DNA of 64,000 nt from Tubulanus polymorphus (Eukaryota > Animalia > Nemertea). The notes beneath the pieces are model-generated. The model was not told where the DNA came from, did not search any database, and saw nothing but the letters and a program-made list of their open reading frames with translations. The DNA is taken from assembly GCF_964204645.1 (NCBI RefSeq), contig NC_134031.1, positions 14,743,807 to 14,807,806 of the forward strand, read 5' to 3'. Each line of letters begins with the position of its first letter. The first letter of the stretch is position 1. Positions 1-15,000 of this stretch are shown one piece after another. Made by a program: the position numbers and the translations under genes.

Positions 1-480
1 TCAATCGTTGGTAACATTTTTCTAGAATATGCACATGCTTACAAACCTATTAGATGTGAGGCCAAATTGTAGGGGAAAAATGAACGTTGCTTCTCCACTG
101 TCTGGAAAATTGACCCCCCCCCAAGACATGGCCGGCTGCGGGCCTGTAACCGCTGCTATTCACTACGGGGCAAGAAGCCCTTAACGAAGGAAGCACCCTT
201 AGAAAATCTGATCAATATTGACCAAATGTTATCCGTCGCGATGCGATCAGATGCAATCAGAGTCTAGTGTAATATTGGAAGAGTCAAATAAAACAGTTTT
301 TTGCTAGAGGAATCTTTTCTGTGGTAGAATAAACAGTAATGTAGCGCGGTGGTGGTCGCGGAGGCTGTGTCGATGTTTGTCTTACTGTATAGTGGAGTAA
401 ACAGACTGTCTGTAGATTGAATGTGCGTTTTGATTGCTACGAGTCCTTCATCAGACAATATCTGTAAGGAATCTGTGGGA

Positions 481-487
481 CAGAGAG

Positions 488-535
<48 letters not shown>

Positions 536-582
536 AGGGAGGGAGGGAGGGAGGGAGGGAGGGAGGGAGGGAGGGAGGGAGG

Positions 583-660
<78 letters not shown>

Positions 661-705
661 GGGTGTATGAGAGAGGAGAGAAGGGGAGAGCGGAGAGAGA
701 GGGGG
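481..705. repeat. (GA)n/(GGGA)n compound microsatellite
   Basis: Directly visible; accounts for the ERERE/SLSLS ORFs at 421-730. Confidence 0.95.
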
Positions 706-1142
706 TGATATAGAAGCTAGAGGCAGACAAAGAAGGTATTGATTTACTCAGATGATCTCTCCCTGGCTCTCCTCTCTCCTCAACTCTCTCTTCCCCTCTC
801 TCTTCATCTTACTGATCGATTCGATTGATCGATTTGATTGATTGATTGATTGATTGTCAGTGTCCAGTCAGTCAGTTATAATAGCGTCATTTATTTATTT
901 GCGTCTTGTTTGTGCAGTAGACGGATGAGAGTTATTTGATTCGTGGCGATCAAAGATCAGAATATCAGTATTTTTCTAGTGGTCTCCGCGGACGCTGATT
1001 AATAATGATCGTTTTCCTATAGATCGTGACAACAGCATCTCGCAGGATCAGCAGTACCACTTGATACAGCAACTCAGGAAAATTTCAATTAGACAATGAA
1101 AAAATAGCAGATAAACATTGATAAAACATTTCTAGATTTTAT

Positions 1143-1725
1143 ATAGGTACTCCTTAGTTTGTATACAAGTGCCCCTTAGTTCGTATACAAGTGCCCCCTA
1201 GTTTGTTTATAAGTGCCCCCTTGCTTGTATATTGATACCCCCTAATTTGTTTAAAATACCCCGTAGCTTGTATTTAGGTACCCCCTAGTTTGTATATAAG
1301 TATCCCCTAGTCTGTAGCCTATAAGTGCCCCTTGTTTGTATGTTGATACGCCCTAATTTGCTTAAAATACCCCTTACTTTGTATTTAGATACCCCGTTGG
1401 TATGTAAGTATATAAGTATGCCCTAGTTTGTAAATAAGTGCCCCCTTGCCTGCCTTAATTCATTCAAGATACCCCTTAGTTTGTATATATGTACCCCCTA
1501 GTTTGTATATGTTCCCCCTACTTAGTATTCGAGTACCCCCAAGTTTGCATGATAGTACCCCAAGTTTGTATATAAGAACCCCCCCCCCCCCTAGTTCATA
1601 TATAAGTATCCCCTATGTACCACTTATTTTGTGTTTAAGTACCCCAATCGTATATGAAAATACCCCTTAGTTTGTATATAAGTACCCCCTTGTTTATATT
1701 TTTAGTACCCTCTGGTGTGAATATA
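1143..1725. repeat. Degenerate ~22-23 bp minisatellite (AAGTACCCCCTAGTTTGTATAT-like)
   Basis: Many diverged copies of the unit in tandem. Confidence 0.85.
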
Positions 1726-3344
1726 AGTGCCTCCAGGATTAGTATAGTAAAGTGTTCGGGTGTATTGATGATTTTCCTTTAGAGAATATAAATGTTTTAT
1801 TGATTGCGATAAAAGAAAATACAGACAATCTACAGCTTTTGAAATCATCTTATTCATATTGAAAAAAATGGAATTAATTTTCCCCGTAATTCGGCTACAA
1901 AACTAAACATCAAGATATTCCACCGCAACGAAATTCATAATTAGAAAAAGTGAATGAATGAATAGATTTATTTTCACTTCAATCAAATAACAATTATTAC
2001 AAAGATTACGTTAGTAGATCGGAAGTGAAGGACACGCCTAAAGGCTGTACAGGAGGAGTGCCCTACAATGAGATGACTTTTAGTAACATATATTATTGAT
2101 TATGATAATGATAATTATAATGAAAACAAATGTTATTGGAATGTTCTGATTTTAGTTATCATAATTATCATTATCATAATCAAAATAATAATATTAACAA
2201 ATGGAAAAAAGAATAAGGACAAGGAATGTGGCTCTTTTGAGTACCAAACAAACACAACACGCACACTTACCCCAACCCCTCATCTCCCCGAGGTTTAGAG
2301 AGAAAGAGAGAGAAAAAGAGTTCCAGATACTTCATATTCTATTGCTGTTAAAATTGTTTACCAACTACTTAGTTTCCAAGACAACAGCGCCGCGCTATCG
2401 TCTCGGGTAATAGTGAAAACAAACTACTTTAAACCAAGACGCCGTCGCTAGAATATTTAAAGAATCTTAATTAGTTCGGGATTTAAAAAAAAACGGCGTC
2501 ACATTTATATCAATTTGCGGTGGTACTATCAGAGCTCGGTCGTAGTTCGGTCTAGCGCTGGGAAACACTCGTCGAAGCTGTGGGGAATAATACAGAAATG
2601 AAATCGCTAACGTTTTGAGCGGAGAGGCAATCAAAACCATTCGGCTCGGAACGAAATATCTGAAATTGTAAATTCGGAATGTTTTTGAGATTCGTGATGT
2701 GTTTTTTTTTTGTTTAAAATTGAGAAGGGGAGTCAGCGAGCGCGTATTCGATTGCACTGACTGTGGTTATCTCGGACAAGTGCCAATATCCGTCTGGTTT
2801 GAAGTGTGTTTTTCATTAATTGCAAAGGCTTTAATAAAAACGTCAACCAAACAAAGGCTTTCCCTCTTCTCGTTCTTGTTCTCTCTCTACTCTTACTCTC
2901 GCTCCTCTCTCTCTCCTCTTACTCTCGCTCCTCTCTATCCACTTACTCTGTCTCTCCTCTTACCCTCTCTCTCTCACTCTCTATATCTCGCTTTCATTTA
3001 ATAAGCAACTGCAACGGTTTACACGTCCCATGATAAATGTAATACAATAATTCTCACCTTTAATAAGTGATCAGTAAAGGAGCAGAATTAAAGAAACTTT
3101 CTCTCCCCGCCCTTCTCTGTCTGTCCCCTCTCTTCTCTCTCCACCCCTCTCCATTAAAATGACTATTCCATTCACAATTCGAAAACAAAGAAAAAGAAAA
3201 TTCTAAACTTGTGAATTATAAGAATCAAAATATGGAAAGCCTGATCCTAGCAGGACTTGAAGCTGCGACCTACAGCCGAGCATGCTGACTAGTAGATCAC
3301 ACATCAGAAGTGATTGATCGTGTTTGATCGATTAGTTTTTCTGG

Positions 3345-3692
3345 TTAGTCTGTTGACCGTTAATTGACCAGTCAGGTGTGGTAACTGATGAACAGTCAGT
3401 TGTGGTGACTGATGACCAATCGTGTAGTGACGGGTGACTCGTGTGGTAACAGGTGACGAGTCAGCTGTGGTGACTGGTAACTGGCCGGGCGTGGTGACTG
3501 ATGACCAATCGTGTAGTGACGGGTGACTCGTGTGGTAACAGGTGACGAGTCAGCTGTGGTGACTGGTAACTGGCCGGGCGTGGTGACTGGTGACCAGTTA
3601 GATCTAGTGTTCGATAACCATTCAGGTGTGGTGACTGGTGACTGGTGACTAGTCAGGTGTGCCGACCGGTGGCCAGTCAGGTGTGGTGACTC
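3345..3692 (+). repeat. 24-bp minisatellite family (CAGGTGTGGTGACTGGTGACCAGT), copy 1
   Basis: Same unit as the long array at 21.4-22.1 kb; includes an internal ~90-bp exact duplication. Confidence 0.8.
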
Positions 3693-6191
3693 ATGCTTAA
3701 TACCTCTCTTTCTTCTCTCATCTCCCCCATCAGTCAGTCAGTCAGATAGATGGCTAACTCGTGATAAGACTGATGAAACTATGTAATGTGTGTCTATCGG
3801 AGCCGATATTAATCACACCTCTGTGTATTTGACTGTTTGATACTGATAAACATTGATACAACATCCTCACCCGCCGCCGCCTGTACCACCAGACACCAGA
3901 TCTATTTCTAGCTACTTTTTGTTATTCCACAATCAAATCGGTCATTGACAGATAGGAAAAATGTTTCATCATGTAGGGTCCGACAACAACTTCACTCGAC
4001 AAAAATTCGAAACAGGTCCAACATCTCGTAGGTCCATCCATCCTCTCTTAACGAGGAATCGAACCTATGATGCTTGGAATGATTAGTTCGAATTGAAAGC
4101 CACTTACCGCCGTTAATCTGCACTGATCGACTGAGAATCTATTGAATTATAGCGAAACTGTATGTGAAAGCACAGATTCAATGAATCATCATTAAACATC
4201 TCAAATACAATTGAGATTGAGATCTCGCGAATATTGTGAGATTTGAATACGCAGTATGTGGAATGTGAGGTTTGCGAGAGCGTCCTTGAATAGAAGCTAA
4301 TCAGTGAATAATCGACTTCGTTACAAACACCGCATTGAACTGGAGATCGCTTCAATAATTAATGCGCGATCATTATACGCTTATTAGACGGGTTACGTGT
4401 ACCCGCTGGTGCATCCCCGCCTGCCAGAGATTACTTCCGATCACTGGCTTCAGCCTCGCATTGACCGTAGTAGTCCATATGTCCATATTCCTCGCCCGCC
4501 AGGAAATCACTTCCGGCGGATGATAACTACATAGAGGCTAACGCGTGTGCCACTGAAACCCTCTCTTTCCAGTGGTCATTTAAACTCCCTCACATCCCAG
4601 GGCAGGACCCTATAAACGAGGGCTGCATTTACGTAGAATCTATTTCATCTTGGCTGGAAATGATGTCAGTAAAACCTGATATACGTCTTAAAACGACCAG
4701 AATGGACGGCCAGTCAAGATGGCGTTGTTTCTACTATTAATTTAATTCTGATGAGGCGTTTCCATAAATCTAGATATAGGTAGTAATGAGTAGGTTAAAC
4801 CTAATTTTATTAGAAATTACCAGCTCTTGCTACTAGTGTATAAGCTCCATCAGGTCAATGAGTGAACAGGTAGAACTGTGAAGGTTAACTGATTTTATTA
4901 GAAATTACGAGTTTTCGCTACAAGTGCATAGTAGCTTCATCAACCAAATGAGAGACATTGGAAACGTCGGTTGGAAACGTCGATGAGTCAACGAATCACT
5001 GAGCCTGAGGTCAATGAATACACCATGTCACAGACAGACAGGTATGTCTGATACGACAGCACGTCACGCGGTTCTATTAAAAAAAAACTGTGCGATAAAA
5101 TAAAATTGAAAACACTTCACTGTGAAAGCTGAACCGTGGAAAATGTGACAGTACCGCGGGCTGCATATCAGGGGGCCGAGAGAGAAGAGAGAGGAGAGAG
5201 GGAGAGAGCGATGGGAGAGTGGGAGAGAGAGTTTGAAAAACAGGAAGCTGTCAGGATTGAGCGAAGCACTGATAAATCACAAGTTGCTTCAAGCACGAAT
5301 AAAACATAGATTATTGATTGAAGTTCTGTGAACCCTATGAAACTGAGCTTTCTCCCAACCCCTCAACCTGTCTCCTTTCACCTCTGCTCTCACCTCTCTT
5401 ACTGACACACACATATATATATATATATATATTTTTCATACCGCATGATTTTTAACATAAGTTGATCATCGTTTCAATTAGTTGTAAGGGGCAAGACAAA
5501 GTGGGTTGCGTTTAGTGAGAGATATGAGAGGATTGCAGGAAGAGAGAGGTTAGTTGAGAGAGATAGAGCGATAGCAGGTGAGGGGAGGAAAGGGGAGAGG
5601 ATGGAAGAGGCAGAGAGAGGGGAAGGAGGAGAGAGAAGAGAGAGGGATGGAGGGTGGCTCTAAATGATACATCTCTACAAAGTGGATAAAACTGCTACTA
5701 AATTTTACTACTACTGCTGCTGTTGCTGTTGCTGCCGCTGCCACCGCTGCTGCCGCTACTGTTGCTGCAACTACTGCTGCTGCTGCTGCTGCTACCGCTG
5801 GTACTGTTGGTTAATGAATTATGGTTGATATATGATGTTGTAATATAACGGAGAGGAATTAGTGGTTAATCACTAGGAGTAGAGAGAGACTAGGATTAAT
5901 ATATTCCTGTCGTTTACAAGAATAAATGTTGTAACTAATAAATATGTTGCCAGGCAGCGAATGTCAGTCTGTCCTAGTGAACGAATAGATGGTGGCTTAC
6001 AATAATTAATGAAATTAGTCCCAAAGTGCTGCTTATTCAGCAGCAAGACCTCAGCGAGACCTCAGCCGCTTACTCAACAGCGAGACCTCGCAGCTGCTTA
6101 CTCAACAGCGAGACCTCAGCAGCGAGAGAGAGAGGGAGAGGATGGAGAGGATAGATTGAAGAGTTTTTAGACCGATTGTTTTTTCCTTCCC

Positions 6192-6420
<229 letters not shown>

Positions 6421-6799
6421 GATGGATGAAACGGAAGCCACAATTGGTCATTCGTGCGGCTTCGTGGGTAGATTAGTTGAGATTGATTCTACTGACAACT
6501 GATGGACTCTCCTTATACCCACTGGCGCTCGCTCCTGGTCCCCGGAATCAGATAGCTCGATCGAGCTAGCCGTGTAATTATCCAATATTGTGCTCTCAAA
6601 CGACCCCCTTCATCTCATCCTACTCAGCCATTCACTGATTGCTGATTCTCACATTGACTTTGTGGAAGAGTTCTCTTAACAGTGAAATAAATCGAAATGT
6701 TTGCTTCATGTGACTTTGATGCCCGCTAGCCTGTAGCCTGGATAGTTGGTGGTTTTACCGTTTGAATGACGGACGGTGAGAGGCTGGCTTACAGTTTCA

Positions 6800-7050
6800 C
6801 TGGGCAACAGGCCGGCTGTCTGACAAGTTTTGCAAGCTGGGTGACTGACAGGTTTTACTGGGTTGCAGGCTGGCTGGCCTGCTGACAGGTTTTACTTGGC
6901 AGTAGGCTTGCTGGCTGACAGGTTTCACTAGGCAGCAGACTGACTGTTGACTGACAGGTTTTACTGGGTAGCAGGCTGGCTGACAGATTTTACTAGGCAG
7001 CAAGCTGGATGGCTGACAGGTTTTACTGGTTAGGAGGCTAGCTGGCTGAC
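6800..7050. repeat. Degenerate ~30-37 bp tandem repeat (GCTGACAGGTTTTACTGG core)
   Basis: About 7 copies of the core. Confidence 0.75.
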
Positions 7051-7303
7051 GGGCGCAGGCTGTTGATGGGGTTTTTCTCAATAATGTTTCGTAATTGCGG
7101 AAGATAAATTGCTGAATGTTCGTCGTTACTGGAATACTAATATTAGCTGCTGACGTCATCAGAATGTGGGCGACCTGCCGCGCACCACGCCATAGCGGTC
7201 AGAAAGAATCTTAATCTTTTATACCGCGAGAGAAGTAACATTCAACGTGATTTTCAAACACAGTCTGTCTAGAGATATTGGGTTGAGGAATGTTGTCTGT
7301 TGC

Positions 7304-7334
<31 letters not shown>

Positions 7335-7883
7335 CGAGTCGTGACAGATTTACTGGCAGTTGAATCTGTGTGTCCACTAATAACTCAGTAACTCGTCGTT
7401 GTCGAGTCATCATTGTAGCTATAGTCTCAATCTGTGCGTGCGGCGATGGCGAACAGATTCTCCCCCCCCCTCTCCTCTGTCTCGTCTTCCTTCCTCTATC
7501 TCCCCCATACCTACTATCCTGTCGGCCCTCTCTTTCTTCTCAGCTCACCTTTTCTCTCTCTCGCCCCCACTCCTCTCTCCGCATGCCTCAAACATCTTTA
7601 GAAAATTAGTAAATTCAGTTGATTATTTCCTTGTTATAATCTGTATAGAGTTTGAGTGCTACTTCATTTAAACAATCGACGTCGTTAGAATCGATATAAA
7701 TTCAATAGACACGTGAATAGAGTGAACGCGCTCGACTGCTAGATGCAAGTCTCCAGAGGTCGTCGTCTGCTGTCTGCTATCAGTTAATACTCATTGTAAT
7801 TACAGATGCGCAGAAACCCAATTCAATTACCAAAATCACCAAAGCGTAAATTTTCAGATCGAAGTATATCCGCGTGAAGATGG

Positions 7884-8615
<732 letters not shown>

Positions 8616-11600
8616 TAAAAAGGGAGAACGTTGGTATGTCTAAAATATAAGAGATAGTTTGTAGTGCATCGCAATGCCAGCGGCACGACAGCATTTGTAG
8701 AATTTCCTGAGTTCAAAGTATTTTCCTGAGTGCATGAAAATCATATTTCGCGACGCAGTGCCAACAGTGCCAACAGCGAATATCAATTGGAACTTCACTT
8801 GTTGCTTTAATTCCATTGGTTATGTTGTAATCCTAACAAACAATATTCTCTGCCAGAGATCCCATAATACCAGAACACAGCGAGCATTTATGTGAACGTT
8901 GTTACATAGCTCGCAATATTAGCAAATGAGGATAAATGGGTAGATGAAGACGTACGCGCGCCAGTACCCAAATTGTTATCAATAGATATTAATAAAAATG
9001 GCCGCCACAGAGAAATGGAAATTCGTGATTAATTGGTAATAAGACCAGCGGTAGATTAGTGCCTGATGACAATTTGTGCCGGTTGTGTTTTCATCTATGT
9101 TTATCATTGGTCAATAAAAAACAGAGGAAACTCTTAGTGTTTATAATGAAGTGGGAAATGAATGTGTTTGTCTCTGGCGCTGCTGCCGATTTAGCAGTTA
9201 TTACTGAGTGGATATTGTAACATAATTGCATTGTAGAGAGTGATTGTCTGCAGGTGGTTGAGAGGTGAGAGGAGGAGAGAGATGAGAGGGAGGTATGAGT
9301 GAGAGATGGAGAGACCGAGAAGGGGAGAGAGGTGAGAGAGTGAGAGAGGGAGAGATCGAGAGACGGTGAGGGGGAGAGAGGCGAGAGAGTGAGAGGGTGA
9401 GAGAGGGAGAGATGGAGAGAGAGGAGAGAGGTGAGAGTTGGGAGGTAGAGATGGAGAGGAGAGAGGTGAGAGGGGAAGAGAGAGGGAGAGATGGAGAGAG
9501 GAGAGAGAGGTGAGGGGGACAGAGGGAGAGAGGTATGAGAGGTGAAAGGGAGGTGAGAGAGAGGTGTGAAGAGGTGAGAAGGTATGGGAGGGAGTAGATC
9601 TAAAGTTGATAGGAATAATATATCGATTTGACAAATTATCCGTTAATCCGATAATCCCTTTTGGTTACGGACGATAATCCCAGTAGGATAATCCCACAAC
9701 ATCAACTGATATCCGTCAAAGTCTTATATAGACAGATCAGATACGGGATCGCAATTCATAGAAATGACTTGAAACGTCCCCTGGCATGCGAGGAGGGATT
9801 GTGTGTACTGGCCGGGGTTGACACAGTATTTGTTGTTGGTGTTGGTGGTGGTAATTTGAGATGGTTGCACTTCACCTGAAAACCGCACGGCTCTGCACTT
9901 CGTCACTTGTCGTTGATATGAACTATGAATAAAATATAAGATTATACGATCTCTGAGAAATAACGTAGGGATGCGGTAATACTGGGAGTGAGGGGAGGGG
10001 TGGAAGGGAAATGGGCCGCGAGGGGAGGGCGAATTGGGGGAAACTATATTTTTTGCCGAGATTTCAAACGTTTTCAGCGCTAGGCGGAACACAGACACTC
10101 AAAAAGACACTACTGATGTATTCTTTGCCACATCGAGGGTAAAATCTATCCCCTCACCCCCGACGGGAAGATGAAGGGCACAGTGTTATTTCATGTAGAC
10201 AAACTGGTGGAAATCCAATGTATTTTTCATGACTAAAACTGTCACATAGATAACTCAATAGACAATTGTTCAATTTCCGGCCGCAGAATCAGTCGCATGG
10301 CGCATGTCTTATGTCGAGAATCGTATAACCATTCGGTGTTTGTTCTTCATTTGAATTTCCGTTCGATTCAGCGCACCGGTGATTCGACTAACTTCATTCG
10401 ATTTAAGAGCTTCGTCGTCCGCATTTTCCGCTCACGTGACCCCAGCGGTACCCAACTCGATTCGATAAGGCGAGAACAGAAACGAAATTGGAATTTTCTT
10501 AGATCATTTAGTTATGTGAGGAATTTCTAGGAGCAACCATAGATACGTACATTCCGTACCTCATCGGCATCCTCTGAACCCCCAGCGTCCATTCAACAAG
10601 CAAACACGTGGTTTTTAACATGATTCAATAGTTTTGAGGCTAAAAAATGATAGCTTCTCATTTCTGCTCAGCTTAAGCGGACCCGGCCACCCGACTATCT
10701 ACCTTGTAGTGATTAAAGTTTTTTCTAAATCATGATCTAGCTAACAATAACAGACCCGCAAATTGTATTGCAGTTTACAAAGGTGACCCGGCCGGGAGCG
10801 GGGAAGGTAATGGCGCTAAAATATTACACAGATAACAAACGAACATTTTGAGGACGTCCAACCAACGGTAAAACGGATGAGCCCCCCCCCCCCCTACTGG
10901 AGATCGAGAACGCTGGACATAATTGAATTAAACAGAATCTAGAAGAGGCACCGACGACCTGATCACATCTAGGCGGCGGTTCTGACAATCGTATTGTGTG
11001 CGGGTTTCTGCATAATAATCACGACACCGCGAATTAATTTCATCAGTCGCAAAATGTTGTAATTCTTCAAAGCTCCCTTCTCTCTCTCGCTTTCTTCCTC
11101 TGATCCTTTTAATTTCCTTATGACATGTACATTCTTTTGATCCGAGTTAACGTCTCGAATATTTTCCTCACCGTCCTGTCTAATCCGTTCGTTTACAGTT
11201 TTCGAGCAAGTCGACAAGTTGAAAAAAGTGAAATCGTCGGGATTCTAACCGTGTCAAATCGGAAGTAAGAATCGAAAGTGCTCAAAATGTAAAAGGATCT
11301 GTGATTGGTCAAATGCTACTCCATAGTTAGTGGTGAAAAATAGTTTCAATGTTTTTCACAAGTTCACGGGAAAATGGAGAAGGACCACGTGAGGAACCAC
11401 GCTCCCACCTGGATCCACATCTGTTTATTATTTCAAAAAGGGAACTTTTGCCCTGGTTCTCGACCCCGACCCCAAATTAAGGCGACCACGGTTATAGGTG
11501 CATTAAGAAGAATATAGCTGCATGAATTAGTATGTATTCGTGTTATCAGTCAGGTACAGTTCTCCAGTAATGGCGGTCATTATCCGAGTCACATATTCGC

Positions 11601-11743
11601 GAACACGTCGTCTCTGCATCACGCTGTTAGATCATTGTTTATTCTAACGAATTTATACCCGTAAAAATCACGTCGTTTGAATCAATCAATCGGTACACTG
11701 GGCGCGGCGCTGCTGTTTTTAAAATACGACGCCGATGGTGGAA

Positions 11744-12002
11744 TCTCTCTCTTTCCCTCTCCGACTCTCTCTCTCTCTGACTCTCTCTGACTCTCTCTGA
11801 CTCTCTCTCTCTCTCTCTGACTCTCTCCCTCTCCCTCTCCCTCTTCCTCTCCCTCTCCCTCTCCCTCTTCCTCTCCCTCTCCCTCTCCCTCTCCCTCTCC
11901 CTCTCCCTCTCCCTCTCCCTCTCCCTCTCCCTCCCCCTCCCCCTCCCCTCCCTCCCCCTCCCCTCTCCCTCTCCCTCTCCCTCTCCCTCTCCCTCTCCCT
12001 CT
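11744..12002. repeat. (CT)n/(CCCTCT)n microsatellite
   Basis: Directly visible. Confidence 0.9.
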
Positions 12003-15000
12003 CGACTCGGTGTGGAATCCCGGGAGTCGAGATTTCGCCGCGTAATCAATTCTACATCAATATCGCATAATTAAAAAAAGCCTGTTACGGCTGTAGGCGG
12101 CGGACTGTAGACACGCTTTCGAATACTCATAAACCGCGTCAGAACAGAAATACGGCTGTCAAAATAACTGAGAGGGCGAATGAGAGAAAGAGAGGGTGAG
12201 AGAGACAGCTTAATCGAATCAACAACTTCTCAAAATGGTTTCCCTGAGCAGAGAATTTGTGTGAATCCTCACAATATTTCTTTCATTAAATCATTTTATA
12301 TTAGAAGCACAAACCATGAACCGACGTCACTTCCTGTAAAGATACACAATCCGTTGGGCCGACTTCACTTCCTGTATCGAGGAATTATTTCACTTGACGT
12401 TATATTGGCCGTCGGGTGCAGTGGCGAAATTCATGTTTAACGGCCATTTGACGGCCAGTATGACCGTTTGATAACGGTTTAATGAATTCAGAGCTGTTGA
12501 TGATAAGATCCTTCGTAAATCAAGAAACACCTGTGCCGTTTGTCGAGTACCTACCACCACACGACTTACAGTCAGGTAAGCGTTGATAAGCCGGTGGTAA
12601 GCTGTGTGATAATATCAGTGAACCCTATTTACCGGACGGTCGTCGGTGACAGGCCCATTCATCAATCCTCTCCGTTAATTAGAAAACGTCGCGTCGACCT
12701 CTATTCGTCGTTTCAGCTGCGCGCAGTTTTCACGTTTCTCCTTCGCAGTCATTCAAAGGCAATTAAACAATTTATTTCCGAATTTATCAACATTTCATCG
12801 CGACCCGCGCCACCGCGGGAGTTTCATCGCGACTCGCGCCGCTGCGGCGTTTCACTGATGGGGAAATAATCACCGCGTGCGATCGAGCGTGCCACGAGTG
12901 AGTGAGACGGCTGAGAATCGTAGCAAAACACAGTCACCGCACCTGGCGCCATCTAACCGAATGCATACGAACTAGCGTCATTTGATCTATAATGGCTGCC
13001 GCGCCACGTGAAGAAACGAACGTGCCCGTCTCTCTCTCTCTCTCATCTTCCTCCATATCGGGAGCGGCGCAGCATCTCATCTCAGACACAGCCACCGCAT
13101 CCATCACGCATCTTTTAGAAGATCGATATCGATTTTTTCTATACGATGTACACACAATGTCTATAAATTATCTAATGGGTTTATTGAGTGCAGCGGCTAT
13201 AATGAAATTAGTGCCTCCCCTAATTCTCCCTGACCGTTCATCGACTCTCTCCTCTCACTCTCCCTCACTCCCCTTACTCACCCCCGGATCGGGTCAGTGT
13301 TCAATCTCATTAATTAGTCGCTAATAGCTGCACTGCTGCCGCTGCTCTTATACGTCCAAAATAGTTACACCCGCTGCCCGAAAAAAATACCTAATCATAT
13401 TAAACACCAATCCTCGTGGCAACTGTCTGTTTCCGATCGATACTGAGAGTCTCTGGTAAAAAAACATAACGCTTCACCAATATTCGCATACATACATATT
13501 TAAAGTTCTTATTTCTGATGCCGCTGGTGTGGGTGCCGGGCATATTCACAAAAACCAGATTCAAAAAATTGGTTTTACCAGTGTCGGTCACGAGTCTTTC
13601 GCAAAAGACTTTCAAATCGATATTATTTCTTGATTAAAATCATATTATGAGCGATTCGATCAAAGTGTCCAACCCAGGGAGAAGCTTATTTTTGAGATTA
13701 AACCACTTATGGACTTTATTCACTACCTGGTTACTGATCGTTGAGTTAAATTCGAATGGTTCTAAAACTAGAAATGCTTAACAGGAGATAAAAATCAAAA
13801 TGATTTCCTAAGAATCTCCACTATCCTCGCATTTCGCCCTGACGTTCTCACTCTTTTCTGAAAATGGAATAATAGTCATTTTTGTTTGGGAACGTTTATG
13901 AATGTGTGTAACGATGGCTGGGAGAGAGGGGAAAAGAGGGAAGGGGAGAGTTTTGATATTCGATCCAGGTCGTCACAAAATGTCAAACAGCGTTTTGCCC
14001 GAGTGTCGTTTTGACTCTTGAAGAATATTCTTTGTTCTAAAAACAGTAGAGCCAGGAACTCAATACGGCTCTCATTTCAAACATAACGGTTAGGATTCAC
14101 TCCACATACGAGAAAACACTGGGACGCTGCTAGGCTTACTGTGTTAGAGGTACCCTTGGGGAGAAGGAGAGAGTAGAGAGGGGAGATGGGAGGGATAGAG
14201 GATAGAGGGAGAGAGGAGAGGGAGAGAACAAGGAAGGGCTGGAGGGAGGAAAGAGAAGTTAAAATGAATGAGGAGAGAAAAGAGAATAGATACAGGCGAT
14301 GGGATCGTTATCATAAGCTGTTTCAGCTATTCCCGATAAAAGAATTCATGATTTCTTTCTTAAAGTACGTTTTATATCATGAGTCATACGCATGCGCGAA
14401 CCAGGACTTCAATATGAATTGTAATATAAATACAACTTCAATAACTTCAGTAACTTCAATAACAGCGATGGAATGATAATTGAGTCCGTGTACATTTCAC
14501 GCTACGTTAAAAACTGCTATCTTCCCCCTTCGCCCTCCGCCCCTCTCCCTCTTGTCTTTGAGATTTATTTACAAGACTTTCCTCGCGAAACATCGCCGCC
14601 GCAGTGCAGTAAACGACCTTCGGTATAGAATTCCAAACCGCAGAAAAACATGTAAATTTTAAAAATGTTGAAAACTGACATCGACAGTGGCAGTTCCTGC
14701 CACATCCCCGTTCACTGTTCGGATTCATAAATGCGAAATTAACTGCTCACAAAAATAAGATACCATAGAGATTTTCATACAGAGATTTTCCGAGCTCTTC
14801 TGGACTGGGATTGTTATCTATTGTTGAGAGGGATTAATCCTGGTGTGTATAAAATGCTGTTGCAGAAAGCCATAAAGTAAAACCGCTGTTAGTCTCAGTA
14901 AGACCTCTGACGTCACAAGCTCTCTGTATAATGCGAACGATAATGGACTCTTGGAGATTGTCTGTTTATTAATAGAAAATCCGGAAAAACAGCTCACGCT

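Noticed and set aside
9755-9876. Possible terminal exon on the minus strand (VKCNHLKLPPPTPTT...FKSFL*) after TTTTCAG
   Set aside because: No recognisable homology or partner exons.
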